In this document: positions 1 through 8,983 of the stretch, piece by piece
Numbering within the stretch: the first letter of the stretch is position 1
How the letters are laid out: every line of letters begins with the position of its first letter
Source: Pasteurella multocida
GTDB lineage: Bacteria; Pseudomonadota; Gammaproteobacteria; Enterobacterales; Pasteurellaceae
Direction: 5' to 3'
NCBI RefSeq assembly: GCF_900187275.1
Contig: NZ_LT906458.1
Span: 1,860,001-1,892,000, forward strand
Length of the DNA: 32,000 nucleotides
The notes under the pieces: generated by a model
The model's input: the letters and a program-made list of their open reading frames with translations, nothing else
What the model was told of the DNA's origin: nothing
The model's database searches: none
Program-made: the position numbers and the translations under genes

Positions 1-2
1 AA

Positions 3-1004
3 CTCGATATTCAAATTCACCGTTTCTTTGATGAACACCAAATTTATCGTATTGACCACTATCTTGGTAAAGAAACGGTTCAAAATCTGCTTGTGTTGCG
101 TTTTTCTAATGGATGGTTTGAACCACTCTGGAACCGTAATTTCATTGATTATATTGAAATCACGGGCGCAGAATCTATCGGTGTAGAAGAGCGTGGTGGT
201 TATTACGATGATTCTGGCGCAATGCGTGATATGTTCCAAAACCATTTGTTGCAAGTGTTAGCCATGGTTGCGATGGAGCCACCAGCAATTATTAATGCCG
301 ACTCAATGCGTGATGAAGTGGCAAAAGTCTTGTATTGTTTACATCCATTAAGTGAGGATGACTTAGAAAATCATTTAGTCTTAGGGCAATATACGGCAGG
401 CACAGTTGAAGGTGAAGCGGTTAAGGGCTACTTACAGGAAAAAGGTGTGCCGGCAGAGTCTAATACGGAAACTTACATGGCATTACGTTGTGAAATTGAC
501 AACTGGCGTTGGGCGGGTGTGCCATTTTATGTGCGTACTGGGAAACGGTTACCAAGTCGAGTGACCGAAATTGTGATTCATTTCAAAACCACACCACATC
601 CGGTATTTAGCCAAAAAGCACCAGAAAACAAATTAATTATCCGTATTCAACCCGATGAAGCGATTTCGATGCGTTTTGGTTTGAAAAAACCGGGAGCAGG
701 TTTTGAAGCAAAAGAAGTGTCGATGGATTTCCGTTATGCGGATCTTGCCTCACCAAGCTTACTGACCGCTTATGAGCGTTTATTATTGGATTCTATGAAA
801 GGCGATGCCACTTTGTTTGCGCGTACTGATGCGGTACATGCCTGTTGGCAGTTTGTGGAGCCGATTTTACAATATAAAGCACAAAATGGGCGTGTTTATG
901 AGTATGAAGCCGGTACTTGGGGACCGACAGAAGCCGACAAACTGATCGCGAAAACGGGTCGTGTTTGGCGTAAACCAAGTGGATTAATGAAAAAGAAAGT
1001 GTAA
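3..1004 (+). CDS. zwf: Glucose-6-phosphate 1-dehydrogenase, 3' portion (5' end lies outside the window)
   Basis: The open frame continues upstream of the tracked ATG at 93 to the window edge and encodes [36 protein letters not shown], the RIDHYLGKE active-site motif of G6PD. The C-terminal sequence also matches the family. Confidence 0.97.
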   Translation, partial: LDIQIHRFFDEHQIYRIDHYLGKETVQNLLVLRFSNGWFEPLWNRNFIDYIEITGAESIGVEERGGYYDDSGAMRDMFQNHLLQVLAMVAMEPPAIINADSMRDEVAKVLYCLHPLSEDDLENHLVLGQYTAGTVEGEAVKGYLQEKGVPAESNTETYMALRCEIDNWRWAGVPFYVRTGKRLPSRVTEIVIHFKTTPHPVFSQKAPENKLIIRIQPDEAISMRFGLKKPGAGFEAKEVSMDFRYADLASPSLLTAYERLLLDSMKGDATLFARTDAVHACWQFVEPILQYKAQNGRVYEYEAGTWGPTEADKLIAKTGRVWRKPSGLMKKKV

Positions 1005-1066
1005 TGTCCGCCTCTTTCGTAAGAAATGCGAGGGGCTAATGTGAGCAGATTGAGTAAGGAAAGATC

Positions 1067-1765
1067 ATGAATACAATCATTTTTGACAGTGCACAGCATG
1101 CCGTAGAGAAAATTGCACAAGAATTGTTAGCGTATAGCTTAGAAGGTCGCCCTGTGCATATTTCCTTATCCGGAGGCTCAACGCCGAAATTGTTATTTAA
1201 AACTTTAGCTCAAGCACCGTATAACACCGAGATTCAATGGAAAAATTTGCATTTTTGGTGGGGCGATGATCGTATGGTGCCACCAACCGATCCAGAAAGT
1301 AATTACGGCGAGGTGCAAAAATTGTTATTCGATCATATTCAGATCCCTGCAGAAAATATTCACCGCATTCGTGGTGAAGCCCCCGTTGAGAGTGAACTTC
1401 ACCGTTTTGAACAAGCGCTAAGTGCGGTCATTCCTGGGCAAGTTTTTGATTGGATTATTTTGGGCATGGGAACGGACGGGCACACGGCCTCATTATTCCC
1501 GCATCAAACCGATTTTGACGATCCTCATTTCGCCGTGATCGCGAAACACCCTGAAACAGGGCAAATTCGTATTTCAAAAACAGCGAAATTGATTGAACAA
1601 GCAAAGCGGGTGACCTATTTGGTGACAGGTAGCAGTAAAGCCGAGATCTTAAAAGAAATTCAAACTACTCCGGCAGAACAACTGCCTTATCCTGCTGCGA
1701 AAATCAAAGCGAAGCATGGGGTGACGGAATGGTATTTGGATAAGGATGCGGCAAAATTACTGTAA
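1067..1765 (+). CDS. pgl: 6-phosphogluconolactonase (DevB/Pgl type)
   Basis: 232 aa with LSGGSTPKLLF, WGDDRMVPPTDPESNYG and GMGTDGHTASLFP motifs. It lies directly downstream of zwf. Confidence 0.96.
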   Translation: MNTIIFDSAQHAVEKIAQELLAYSLEGRPVHISLSGGSTPKLLFKTLAQAPYNTEIQWKNLHFWWGDDRMVPPTDPESNYGEVQKLLFDHIQIPAENIHRIRGEAPVESELHRFEQALSAVIPGQVFDWIILGMGTDGHTASLFPHQTDFDDPHFAVIAKHPETGQIRISKTAKLIEQAKRVTYLVTGSSKAEILKEIQTTPAEQLPYPAAKIKAKHGVTEWYLDKDAAKLL

Positions 1766-1930
1766 TGCGTCGTGAGATTTTTCAACATTTTTGCAAAGAG
1801 ACTTGAAACAAAATAGACCATAGCGTTCGTTTTCAACGAGTGCTGAAAATGAAGGCTCTCGTTGAAAATGGCGCCATTTAGTGGGTAAGCTTAAGGTTCG
1901 CTCAGACAGCGCTATCAAAAGGGTAAAAGA

Positions 1931-2539
1931 ATGTATCAACTCTATTTTAATCCACCAAAATCTTCATGGTCATTACGCGTTTGGGTGTTATTGAAAGAAC
2001 TGGCAATTCCTTTTGAGCCTAAAATTGTACGTTATTTGGATGATTTAAGTGAACAACGCCAACAATTTAAGGCGTTTTCGCCGACTTCAAAAATCCCAGT
2101 ATTGCATGCTGATGGTGTTGTCATTTGGGACAGTTTAGCGATTATCGAGTTTTTGGCAGAAAGTTATCCGCACGTGTGGGCGCAAGATAAGGCGACAAGA
2201 GCGTGGTCACGTTCTGCTTGTGCTGAAATGCACTCTGGCTTTGAAAATTTGCGTGAAATGTGTGATTTCGCCCCTTTAGCTCGCAAACCGTTACAAGAAA
2301 TGCCCGCTGTGTTAAGCCAAGAGCTAACAAGGCTTAATCAATTATTAGAAGAAGGGTTAACCGCGTTTGGTGGTACGTTTTTAGCGGGCGATCGTTTTAC
2401 CGCAGTAGATGCCTTTTTTCTGCCCGTTATGGCAAGAATTGAAACCTATGCGTTGCATCAGTATTTTGGCCCACAAGTGCTTGAATATCAGAAGATGTTA
2501 GTAAATTCAGCGAGTTTCCAAACTTGGCTTACGTTATAA
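1931..2539 (+). CDS. Glutathione S-transferase family protein
   Basis: 202 aa with a thioredoxin-like N-terminus, SPTSKIPVLHADGVVIWDSLAIIEFLAE, and an all-alpha C-terminal domain (GDRFTAVDAFFLPV). Confidence 0.88.
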   Translation: MYQLYFNPPKSSWSLRVWVLLKELAIPFEPKIVRYLDDLSEQRQQFKAFSPTSKIPVLHADGVVIWDSLAIIEFLAESYPHVWAQDKATRAWSRSACAEMHSGFENLREMCDFAPLARKPLQEMPAVLSQELTRLNQLLEEGLTAFGGTFLAGDRFTAVDAFFLPVMARIETYALHQYFGPQVLEYQKMLVNSASFQTWLTL

Positions 2540-2588
2540 AAGTGCGGTGGTTTTACAAGACTTTTTCAAAAACCACCGCACTTTTAAG
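2537..2588. terminator. Long inverted repeat built from two opposed uptake signal sequences (putative terminator)
   Basis: AAAAGTGCGGTGGTTTT ... AAAACCACCGCACTTTT starts at the stop codon of the GST gene. It holds exact uptake 9-mers at 2540-2548 (+) and 2575-2583 (-). Confidence 0.75.
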
Positions 2589-2722
2589 ATTACAGATTGT
2601 CATCTAAAACATTATTGAGTGCGAGCATTCTTACTTGCTGGTAATCTAGATGATAAAGTTGGGGGCTGAGACGAGCATAAACAGGTAGTTTAAGGTTAAA
2701 ATGATAAAAAAGATGAGTTTAA

Positions 2723-3061
2723 ATGATTGATTTGAATAATAAAAAATTCATTGCTTTACAAAACAGTGAGAATGGTGAAGTCAGTCAACAAACCTGTTTC
2801 CACTATTTTCAGCAAGGTAAAATGATTTGGGCAGAATATGGGGGCGGTGAAATTGCGAAAGGCTTTTTGATTGGCAAATGGATAAATGAAACCCACATTG
2901 AATTTACCTATCAACATCTAAATAAGAAACTGGAAAATCGTTTGGGGCGTTGTGTAACCTTATTTCAATATACCGAACAAAGTAAATTGCTCGGTATAGA
3001 ACGTTGGCAATGGCTTGATACTTTAGAGAAAGGTGAATCTCAGATTATTGAGATTGAATAG
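2723..3061 (+). CDS. Conserved small protein of the type often auto-labelled 'N-acetylglutamate synthase'; function unknown
   Basis: 112 aa, MIDLNNKKFIALQNSENGEVSQQTCFHYFQQGKMIWAEYGGGEIAKGFLIG, resembles a small beta-rich family found in many bacteria. Family recalled from memory, not searched. Confidence 0.7.
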   Translation: MIDLNNKKFIALQNSENGEVSQQTCFHYFQQGKMIWAEYGGGEIAKGFLIGKWINETHIEFTYQHLNKKLENRLGRCVTLFQYTEQSKLLGIERWQWLDTLEKGESQIIEIE

Positions 3062-3324
3062 GCTATGATAAATAAATAACAAGTGGTGAGATTCTCAACG
3101 TTTTTACAAAAATAGCGCTTTTAAAGGGGAAAATGGTGTAAAAGAGTGAGTTTTGAACAAAGATTTGGCAAAAAGCCTTGATATTGAAATTGTGCAAAAT
3201 CTCTTGAAGATTCTCCTTTATAACCGAAAAATAAAAATCACCATAGAGCGGGTATTCTTGTCCACCGATGAGAGTTAGATTTTAAGGCTCTCGTTTAAGA
3301 CGAGAGCAGTCCAGTGGTAATTAA

Positions 3325-3717
3325 ATGATTACATATAAAACGAACGTACTCATTTCAGTACAGCAATATACCGATTTATTGAAACAAACGAGCTTAGGTG
3401 AAAGACGACCTATTGATAAGCCTGAGCAAATTGAAATGATGCTAAAACAAACCGACGTTTTAGTGACAGCGTGGTATCAGGATACTTTAGTTGGACTTGC
3501 TCGCTCGGTGACAGATTTTGCTTACTGTTGCTATTTGAGCGACTTAGCCGTTAGTGAGCAGTGGCAAAAACAAGGGATCGGGAGACAACTCATTTTTGAG
3601 ACCCAAAAAGCGCTTGAGCCCACTTGTAAAATTATTTTACTGGCTGCGCCACAAGCCGTGGATTATTACCCACATATTGGCTTTGTACAGCATCCAAGTG
3701 CTTGGACGAAAATATAG
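3325..3717 (+). CDS. GNAT-family N-acetyltransferase
   Basis: 130 aa with LAVSEQWQKQGIGRQLIFETQKAL (acetyl-CoA binding Q/RxxGxG/A motif) and HIGFVQ near the C-terminus. Confidence 0.88.
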   Translation: MITYKTNVLISVQQYTDLLKQTSLGERRPIDKPEQIEMMLKQTDVLVTAWYQDTLVGLARSVTDFAYCCYLSDLAVSEQWQKQGIGRQLIFETQKALEPTCKIILLAAPQAVDYYPHIGFVQHPSAWTKI

Positions 3718-3733
3718 TCATATACAAACATTA

Positions 3734-3774
3734 GCGGTCTGCGTAATAAAATGTTTTAAAATCAGACCGCACTT
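3734..3774. terminator. Inverted repeat with an uptake signal sequence in its right arm (putative terminator)
   Basis: GCGGTCTG (3734-3741) pairs with CAGACCGC (3763-3770), followed by ACTTTAATTATT. The exact uptake word ACCGCACTT is at 3766-3774. Confidence 0.55.
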
Positions 3775-3804
3775 TAATTATTCTTATGGTTACAGGAGAA
3801 CAAC

Positions 3805-5259
3805 ATGTCAGTAAAAGGTGACATCGGCGTTATCGGCTTAGCGGTAATGGGTCAAAACTTAATTTTAAATATGAATGATCACGGCTTTAAAGTAGTGGCA
3901 TTTAACCGTACGACTTCGAAAGTCGATGAGTTTTTGCAAGGTGCGGCAAAAGGCACGAATATTATTGGTGCGTATTCGTTGGAAGATCTTGCCAATAAAT
4001 TGGAAAAACCGCGTAAAGTGATGTTGATGGTGCGTGCCGGTGAAGTTGTGGATCAATTCATTGAGGCATTATTACCTCACTTAGAAGAAGGCGACATCAT
4101 TATTGATGGTGGTAACACGAATTACCCAGATACAAACCGCCGTGTCGCGTATTTACGTGAAAAAGGGATCCGTTTTATTGGAACGGGCGTATCTGGTGGT
4201 GAAGAAGGGGCACGTTTCGGACCTTCGATTATGCCGGGCGGTGATGAATCTGCATGGGAACACGTGAAACCAATTTTACAAGCGATTTCAGCCAAAACAG
4301 ATAAAGGCGAAGCTTGCTGTGATTGGGTTGGTCGTGATGGTGCTGGGCATTTCGTCAAAATGGTGCATAACGGGATTGAATACGGCGATATGCAATTAAT
4401 TTGCGAAGCGTATCAATTCTTAAAAGAAGGCGTAGGCTTATCTGATGACGAATTAGAAACAACTTTCAAAGCGTGGCGTAACACCGAATTAGATAGCTAT
4501 TTAATTGATATCACGGCGGATATTCTTGGCTATAAAGATGAAGATGGCAGCCGTTTAGTCGACAAAATTTTGGATACCGCAGGTCAAAAAGGAACCGGTA
4601 AATGGACGGGGATTAATGCCCTTGATTTCGGCATTCCATTGACTTTAATCACGGAATCTGTCTTTGCCCGTTGCGTCTCGTCTTTCAAAGAACAGCGTGT
4701 GCAAGCCTCTCGCCTATTCAATAAAGTGGTCGGCAAAGTAGAAGGCGACAAAGCAGCTTGGGTTGAAGCGGTGCGTAAAGCCTTATTAGCGTCAAAGATT
4801 ATTTCTTATGCTCAAGGTTTTATGCTGATTCGTGAAGCGTCAGAAAACTTTGGCTGGCACATTAACTACGGCGGTACAGCATTATTATGGCGTGAAGGTT
4901 GTATTATTCGTAGCCGTTTCTTAGGTAATATCCGGGATGCTTATGAAGCCAATCCGGATCTGATTTTCTTAGGTTCAGATGCCTACTTCAAAGGTATCTT
5001 AGAAAATAGCTTAGGCGAATGGCGTAAAGTGGTGGCGAAGTCGATCGAAGTGGGTATTCCAATGCCTTGTATGGCGTCTGCGATCACTTTCTTAGATAGC
5101 TATACGAGTGAACGTTTACCAGCGAACTTACTACAAGCACAACGTGACTATTTCGGTGCACATACTTATGAACGTACGGATAAACCACGTGGTGAGTTCT
5201 TCCATACTAATTGGACAGGTCGTGGTGGTGATGCCGCATCGACCACTTATGATGTGTAA
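3805..5259 (+). CDS. gnd: 6-phosphogluconate dehydrogenase, decarboxylating
   Basis: 484 aa with GLAVMGQNLILNMNDHGFKVVAFNRT, GTGVSGGEEGARFGPSIMPGG and FHTNWTGRGG, and a good RBS (caggagaacaacATG). Confidence 0.98.
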   Translation: MSVKGDIGVIGLAVMGQNLILNMNDHGFKVVAFNRTTSKVDEFLQGAAKGTNIIGAYSLEDLANKLEKPRKVMLMVRAGEVVDQFIEALLPHLEEGDIIIDGGNTNYPDTNRRVAYLREKGIRFIGTGVSGGEEGARFGPSIMPGGDESAWEHVKPILQAISAKTDKGEACCDWVGRDGAGHFVKMVHNGIEYGDMQLICEAYQFLKEGVGLSDDELETTFKAWRNTELDSYLIDITADILGYKDEDGSRLVDKILDTAGQKGTGKWTGINALDFGIPLTLITESVFARCVSSFKEQRVQASRLFNKVVGKVEGDKAAWVEAVRKALLASKIISYAQGFMLIREASENFGWHINYGGTALLWREGCIIRSRFLGNIRDAYEANPDLIFLGSDAYFKGILENSLGEWRKVVAKSIEVGIPMPCMASAITFLDSYTSERLPANLLQAQRDYFGAHTYERTDKPRGEFFHTNWTGRGGDAASTTYDV

Positions 5260-5278
5260 GTAAATTTACTGATATCAT

Positions 5279-5312
5279 ACCGCACTTTTATGCTGAATCT
5301 TAAAAGTGCGGT
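5279..5312. terminator. Opposed uptake signal sequence pair downstream of gnd (putative terminator)
   Basis: ACCGCACTTTTA...TAAAAGTGCGGT followed by gctttttaaaaaa. Exact 9-mers at 5279-5287 (-) and 5304-5312 (+). Confidence 0.75.
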
Positions 5313-5465
5313 GCTTTTTAAAAAAGTTTCATACTGTGAATCAGATGAACAAGTTGAGCAGGAAAGTTCAGGGCGAACAGAGCAAACGATAAAGTCCCAC
5401 TCATCTTCTTTCACGCCACAATACTTTCCTGAAGCTGTATTTTCATTCAATTTAGAAGGAAGAGT

Positions 5466-6278
5466 ATGCGCATTCCTAATTATCGTGACCAAATTAAAAT
5501 TGTCTTTTTTGATATTGATGAAACATTACTCGTTAAAGACGAAGACTATATTCCTGCGACGGTGGTCCCCGCTATTCGAAAATTAAAAGAAAATGGCATT
5601 GTACCTGCTATCGCAACGGGGCGTACCTTGTCTAACTTTCCGCCTAAGATTAAAGGATTGATTGAGCAAACGGACATGAATTTGTTTGTAACAATGAATG
5701 GTCAATATGTGAGTTATCAGAATGAGCCAATCAGGAAGCATCCTTTATCTAAAGCAAAAATCCAAGAGTTCGTTGATTTTTGTGATCAACATCAGATTGT
5801 TTATGCGCAAGTGTCACCGACAGATACCGCAGTTTCAGCGATAACCGATCAAGTTCGTGATGCATTGGATCCGCTAAAAGGGCATTATCATGTAGATAAA
5901 GACTATTTTAAACATCATGATGTTTTTCAGATACTGGCTTTTTATGATGCTACGCAAGATCAATTTGTCCAAGATTCTGGTGTACTGAAAGGATTACAAT
6001 CGGTACGCTGGCATAAATACTCGGTTGATTTATTTGATGAAAAAATCTCAAAAGCTACGGGTATCGCTTGTGCAATTCAACATTTTGGCTTTGCAATGGA
6101 AAATGTGATGGCATTTGGTGATGGCTTGAATGATATTGAAATGTTAAGCACGGCAGGAGTGGGTGTTGCAATGGGGAATGCACATCATCAGCTAAAAACA
6201 GTAGCCGATCATGTCACCTTACCGATCAAAGAACATGGCATTGAGTATTTCTTAAAACAAGCTAAATTGATTGACTAA
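5466..6278 (+). CDS. Cof-type HAD-superfamily hydrolase
   Basis: 270 aa with VFFDIDETLL, ATGR and MAFGDGLNDIEMLSTAGVGVAMGNAH motifs, and an RBS at agaaggaagagtATG. Confidence 0.93.
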   Translation: MRIPNYRDQIKIVFFDIDETLLVKDEDYIPATVVPAIRKLKENGIVPAIATGRTLSNFPPKIKGLIEQTDMNLFVTMNGQYVSYQNEPIRKHPLSKAKIQEFVDFCDQHQIVYAQVSPTDTAVSAITDQVRDALDPLKGHYHVDKDYFKHHDVFQILAFYDATQDQFVQDSGVLKGLQSVRWHKYSVDLFDEKISKATGIACAIQHFGFAMENVMAFGDGLNDIEMLSTAGVGVAMGNAHHQLKTVADHVTLPIKEHGIEYFLKQAKLID

Positions 6279-6289
6279 ATTTATTTTAC

Positions 6290-6311
6290 TTTTGCGATGC
6301 GTGTCGCAAAA
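6290..6311 (+). promoter_or_regulatory. CRP-S-like competence regulatory site (CRP plus Sxy dependent) upstream of comF
   Basis: TTTTGCGATGCGTGTCGCAAAA is 22 bp with TGCGA/TCGCA cores instead of TGTGA/TCACA. It sits in a 12-bp perfect inverted repeat TTACTTTTGCGA...TCGCAAAAGTAA. A candidate -10 TAATAT lies at 6334-6339, consistent with an activator site near -41/-45. Confidence 0.88.
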
Positions 6312-6385
6312 GTAACTTATTCTTTTGCCCTTTTAATATCCTGTGCTTTAGTCTGTAGTCATTTTATGTCAAGCAAAGGATACCT

Positions 6386-7072
6386 ATGCGGGGATTTGGT
6401 TTTTGTTGTGTTCACTGCCAGCAACCGTTAGCCATTGCACATCATGGATTATGTAGTCGCTGTAATCAGCAAATCAGACGTTTTGCTTATTGTGGCCATT
6501 GTGGTAAGGAATTAACACGAGATGCACTACGTTGTGGGCATTGTTTACAACATAAAGCCAGTTGGGATCGCATGGTGATCGTTGGTCACTATGTCGATCC
6601 CTTATCTTGTTTAATTCACCGTTTTAAATTCCAACATGCCTTCTTTTTAGACCGTACTTTAGCACGCCTGCTGTTATTAGCGCTCTACCATGCAAGACGT
6701 ACTCATGGACTTATTTGGCCAGAAATACTTTTGCCGGTGCCTTTACATCGTTTACGCCATTGGCAACGTGGTTACAATCAATCTGCGTTGATTGCAAACT
6801 ATCTTGCGCATTGGCTAAAGATACCCTGCGATCATGATTTTCTACAGCGTATTAAACATACTCATACGCAACGTGGTTTAAGTGCAACGGAACGAAGAAA
6901 AAATTTACGCCACGCATTTCGTCTTCATCCAAAAAGCCAAACGCATCGCTATCAATCTGTTGCATTAATTGATGATGTAATTACAACAGGTGCAACGTTG
7001 AATGAGTTGGCACTCTTATTAAGAAAAGCAGGTGTTGAGCATATTCAAGTTTGGGGATTAGCAAAAACGTAA
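6386..7072 (+). CDS. comF: ComF family competence protein / amidophosphoribosyltransferase-like
   Basis: 228 aa with an N-terminal zinc-finger-like CVHCQQPL...CSRC...CGHCGKE...CGHC and the PRTase signature VALIDDVITTGATLNE. Confidence 0.95.
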   Translation: MRGFGFCCVHCQQPLAIAHHGLCSRCNQQIRRFAYCGHCGKELTRDALRCGHCLQHKASWDRMVIVGHYVDPLSCLIHRFKFQHAFFLDRTLARLLLLALYHARRTHGLIWPEILLPVPLHRLRHWQRGYNQSALIANYLAHWLKIPCDHDFLQRIKHTHTQRGLSATERRKNLRHAFRLHPKSQTHRYQSVALIDDVITTGATLNELALLLRKAGVEHIQVWGLAKT

Positions 7073-7169
7073 GGAAAGATTTATTACTGTAAAAGGTAGA
7101 AAAAAAAACGAACTCGGAGTATCATTCTTGACAATCTTACTCAAGTATTCACATTCTTTAGGATAGTTT

Positions 7170-7754
7170 ATGCAAAAAATTATGATTTCCGATGCGGCTC
7201 AAGCGCATTTTCGCCGTTTGCTTGATCAGCAAGAAGAAGGAACTCACATTCGCATTTTTGTGGTTAACCCAGGCACCCCCAATGCTGAATGTGGTGTGTC
7301 TTATTGCCCGCCCAATGCAGTAGAAGCGACGGATACGGAAATGCAATATGCTTCATTTTCAGCTTTTGTGGATGAAATCAGCTTACCTTTTTTAGATGAG
7401 GCAGAAATTGACTATGTCACTGAAGAATTAGGCGCACAGTTAACATTAAAAGCTCCGAATGCCAAAATGCGTAAAGTGGCTGATGATGCCCCTTTACTTG
7501 AACGAGTTGAATATGTGATTCAGACACAAATTAATCCGCAACTTGCAGGACACGGCGGACGTATTACATTAATTGAAATCACTGAAGATGGCTATGCCAT
7601 TTTACAATTTGGTGGTGGCTGTAATGGTTGTTCTATGGTGGATGTGACATTAAAAGATGGCATTGAAAAGCAATTACTCAGTTTATTCCCGGGAGAGTTG
7701 CAAGGTGCGAAAGATGTTACAGAGCATCAACGTGGTGAACATTCTTACTACTGA
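7170..7754 (+). CDS. nfuA: Fe/S biogenesis protein NfuA
   Basis: 194 aa with an A-type-like N-terminal domain and an Nfu C-terminal domain carrying [22 protein letters not shown] (CxxC). Confidence 0.96.
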   Translation: MQKIMISDAAQAHFRRLLDQQEEGTHIRIFVVNPGTPNAECGVSYCPPNAVEATDTEMQYASFSAFVDEISLPFLDEAEIDYVTEELGAQLTLKAPNAKMRKVADDAPLLERVEYVIQTQINPQLAGHGGRITLIEITEDGYAILQFGGGCNGCSMVDVTLKDGIEKQLLSLFPGELQGAKDVTEHQRGEHSYY

Positions 7755-7777
7755 TCCTGACTGATATTCTTTGAAGT

Positions 7778-7805
7778 AAGGCTGGTTTCTTATCAAACCA
7801 GCCTT
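7778..7805. terminator. Bidirectional intrinsic terminator between convergent nfuA and tfoX
   Basis: AAGGCTGGTTT-cttatc-AAACCAGCCTT, a perfect 11-bp stem followed by T-rich sequence. Confidence 0.88.
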
Positions 7806-7811
7806 CTTTAT

Positions 7812-8453
7812 TTAGATTTGTTTAATTTTGCGTAATCCTGCTTCATCTAAAGCAAGATTAAGATGCACTAAAAGCTGTTGTTTTTCTGCCACAGTGATTA
7901 AATTGACATTTTTATTTTCTAGTGCAGCATGAAATGCCCAGAAGATGCCAATATCGGCAGTAATCCCTTTCTTTTTTAAACGGATGTAAGCATTCTTTGC
8001 ACCTAATGCCTGGAAAGTGGCAACATCATAAATTTCCACTTTTTCTAATAATCGTTCATGTTTAATCGATAAGTTAGGCAACTCTTTAATGCGATTTTTC
8101 TTTGCCAGTGCTTCAGCCCGTTTTTGATCTTTTATTTGCCGGAGAGATTGCTCTAGGATTTGTTTGTAAAGGGATTTATCTGAGGTAATTTTACGAGGAA
8201 GGCGATAATAACTGGATATGTTTAATTTAGAAGGCGCTTGTTTTGCTAAATAACTTGCTGCCCCCTGTGATTCTAAAAATAAGGCTAGGTCTCCTTCCGC
8301 CTTCAGGTAGAACACATTATTTTGATACAAACCGAACATTATTTTTTCATGAAATAATCCGTAGCTTGCAAATAAACCTTTTGCTGTTACTTCTCCAATC
8401 AGTTCACTCAATATTTTTCGGATCTCTAATGTTTCTTTTTCTGTTTTCGTCAT
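7812..8453 (-). CDS. tfoX: TfoX/Sxy competence regulator
   Basis: 213 aa with an N-terminal TfoX_N-like domain (FASYGLFHEKIMFGLYQNNVFYLKAEG) and a TfoX_C-like domain (LPNLSIKHERLLEKVEIYDVATFQALGAKNAYIRLKKKG). Confidence 0.92.
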   Translation of the reverse strand: MTKTEKETLEIRKILSELIGEVTAKGLFASYGLFHEKIMFGLYQNNVFYLKAEGDLALFLESQGAASYLAKQAPSKLNISSYYRLPRKITSDKSLYKQILEQSLRQIKDQKRAEALAKKNRIKELPNLSIKHERLLEKVEIYDVATFQALGAKNAYIRLKKKGITADIGIFWAFHAALENKNVNLITVAEKQQLLVHLNLALDEAGLRKIKQI

Positions 8454-8802
8454 AGTAACTCATCCTATAGTTATATTGCTGACAATAATGTATCTCATGC
8501 TCATAACCTTGAGCGATGAACGTTATAACATATCTTTGTTTTATTGAGCAAAAAATATGATTAGGCATAAATAACATGATGTTTTTGTGGTCAATTGAGT
8601 AATGCCTGCACATAAAGAAATGAGATGACAATGTATTATTTGATGAAACAAGGTGATGGAATAAATTGAGGTAAAGTATATTACTACTTACGTTTTGACA
8701 CATAACATGTATAAACAGTGAACAAATCATGGCATATTTGCTTTTTTTGATTAAAAAAATAGCACTTGATCCGAGAAAATAGAAAAACATCAAAAAAGAT
8801 CT

Positions 8803-8829
8803 TGATCCTAAATCTGAAATCCCTATAAT
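8803..8829 (+). promoter_or_regulatory. rrn P1-like promoter
   Basis: TTGATC (8803-8808) and perfect TATAAT (8824-8829) with GC-rich discriminator GCACCTCCGC and an A-tract-rich upstream region. It resembles E. coli rrn P1 (CCCTATAATGCGCC). The spacer is 15-16 bp depending on -35 choice. Confidence 0.7.
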
Positions 8830-8919
8830 GCACCTCCGCACCGCAAGGGAGGCAAGCGAAAGGAAAGCGTAATGCTTTTTGTTGTTTTAAAAGGTAAGCA
8901 GTCTTTAAAATAAAATGGC

Positions 8920-8948
8920 TTGACATAGAATAGAGATTTGATTATCAT
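8920..8948 (+). promoter_or_regulatory. rrn P2-like promoter
   Basis: TTGACA (8920-8925), 17-bp spacer, TATCAT (8943-8948), with an AT-rich UP-like region upstream. Confidence 0.7.
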
Positions 8949-8971
8949 TTTCGTCCTTGCTTAGTGCAACG

Positions 8972-8983
8972 TTCTTTAACAAT
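8972..8983 (+). promoter_or_regulatory. rrn leader boxA-like antitermination element
   Basis: TTCTTTAACAAT in the leader between the rrn promoters and 16S, close to the boxA consensus (TGCTCTTTAACA). Confidence 0.7.

Noticed and set aside
8404-8926. Minus-strand ORFs 8404..8841 and 8684..8926 in the tfoX/rrn gap
   Set aside because: They cover the rrn promoters or overlap tfoX, have atypical low-complexity composition and no recognisable domain.
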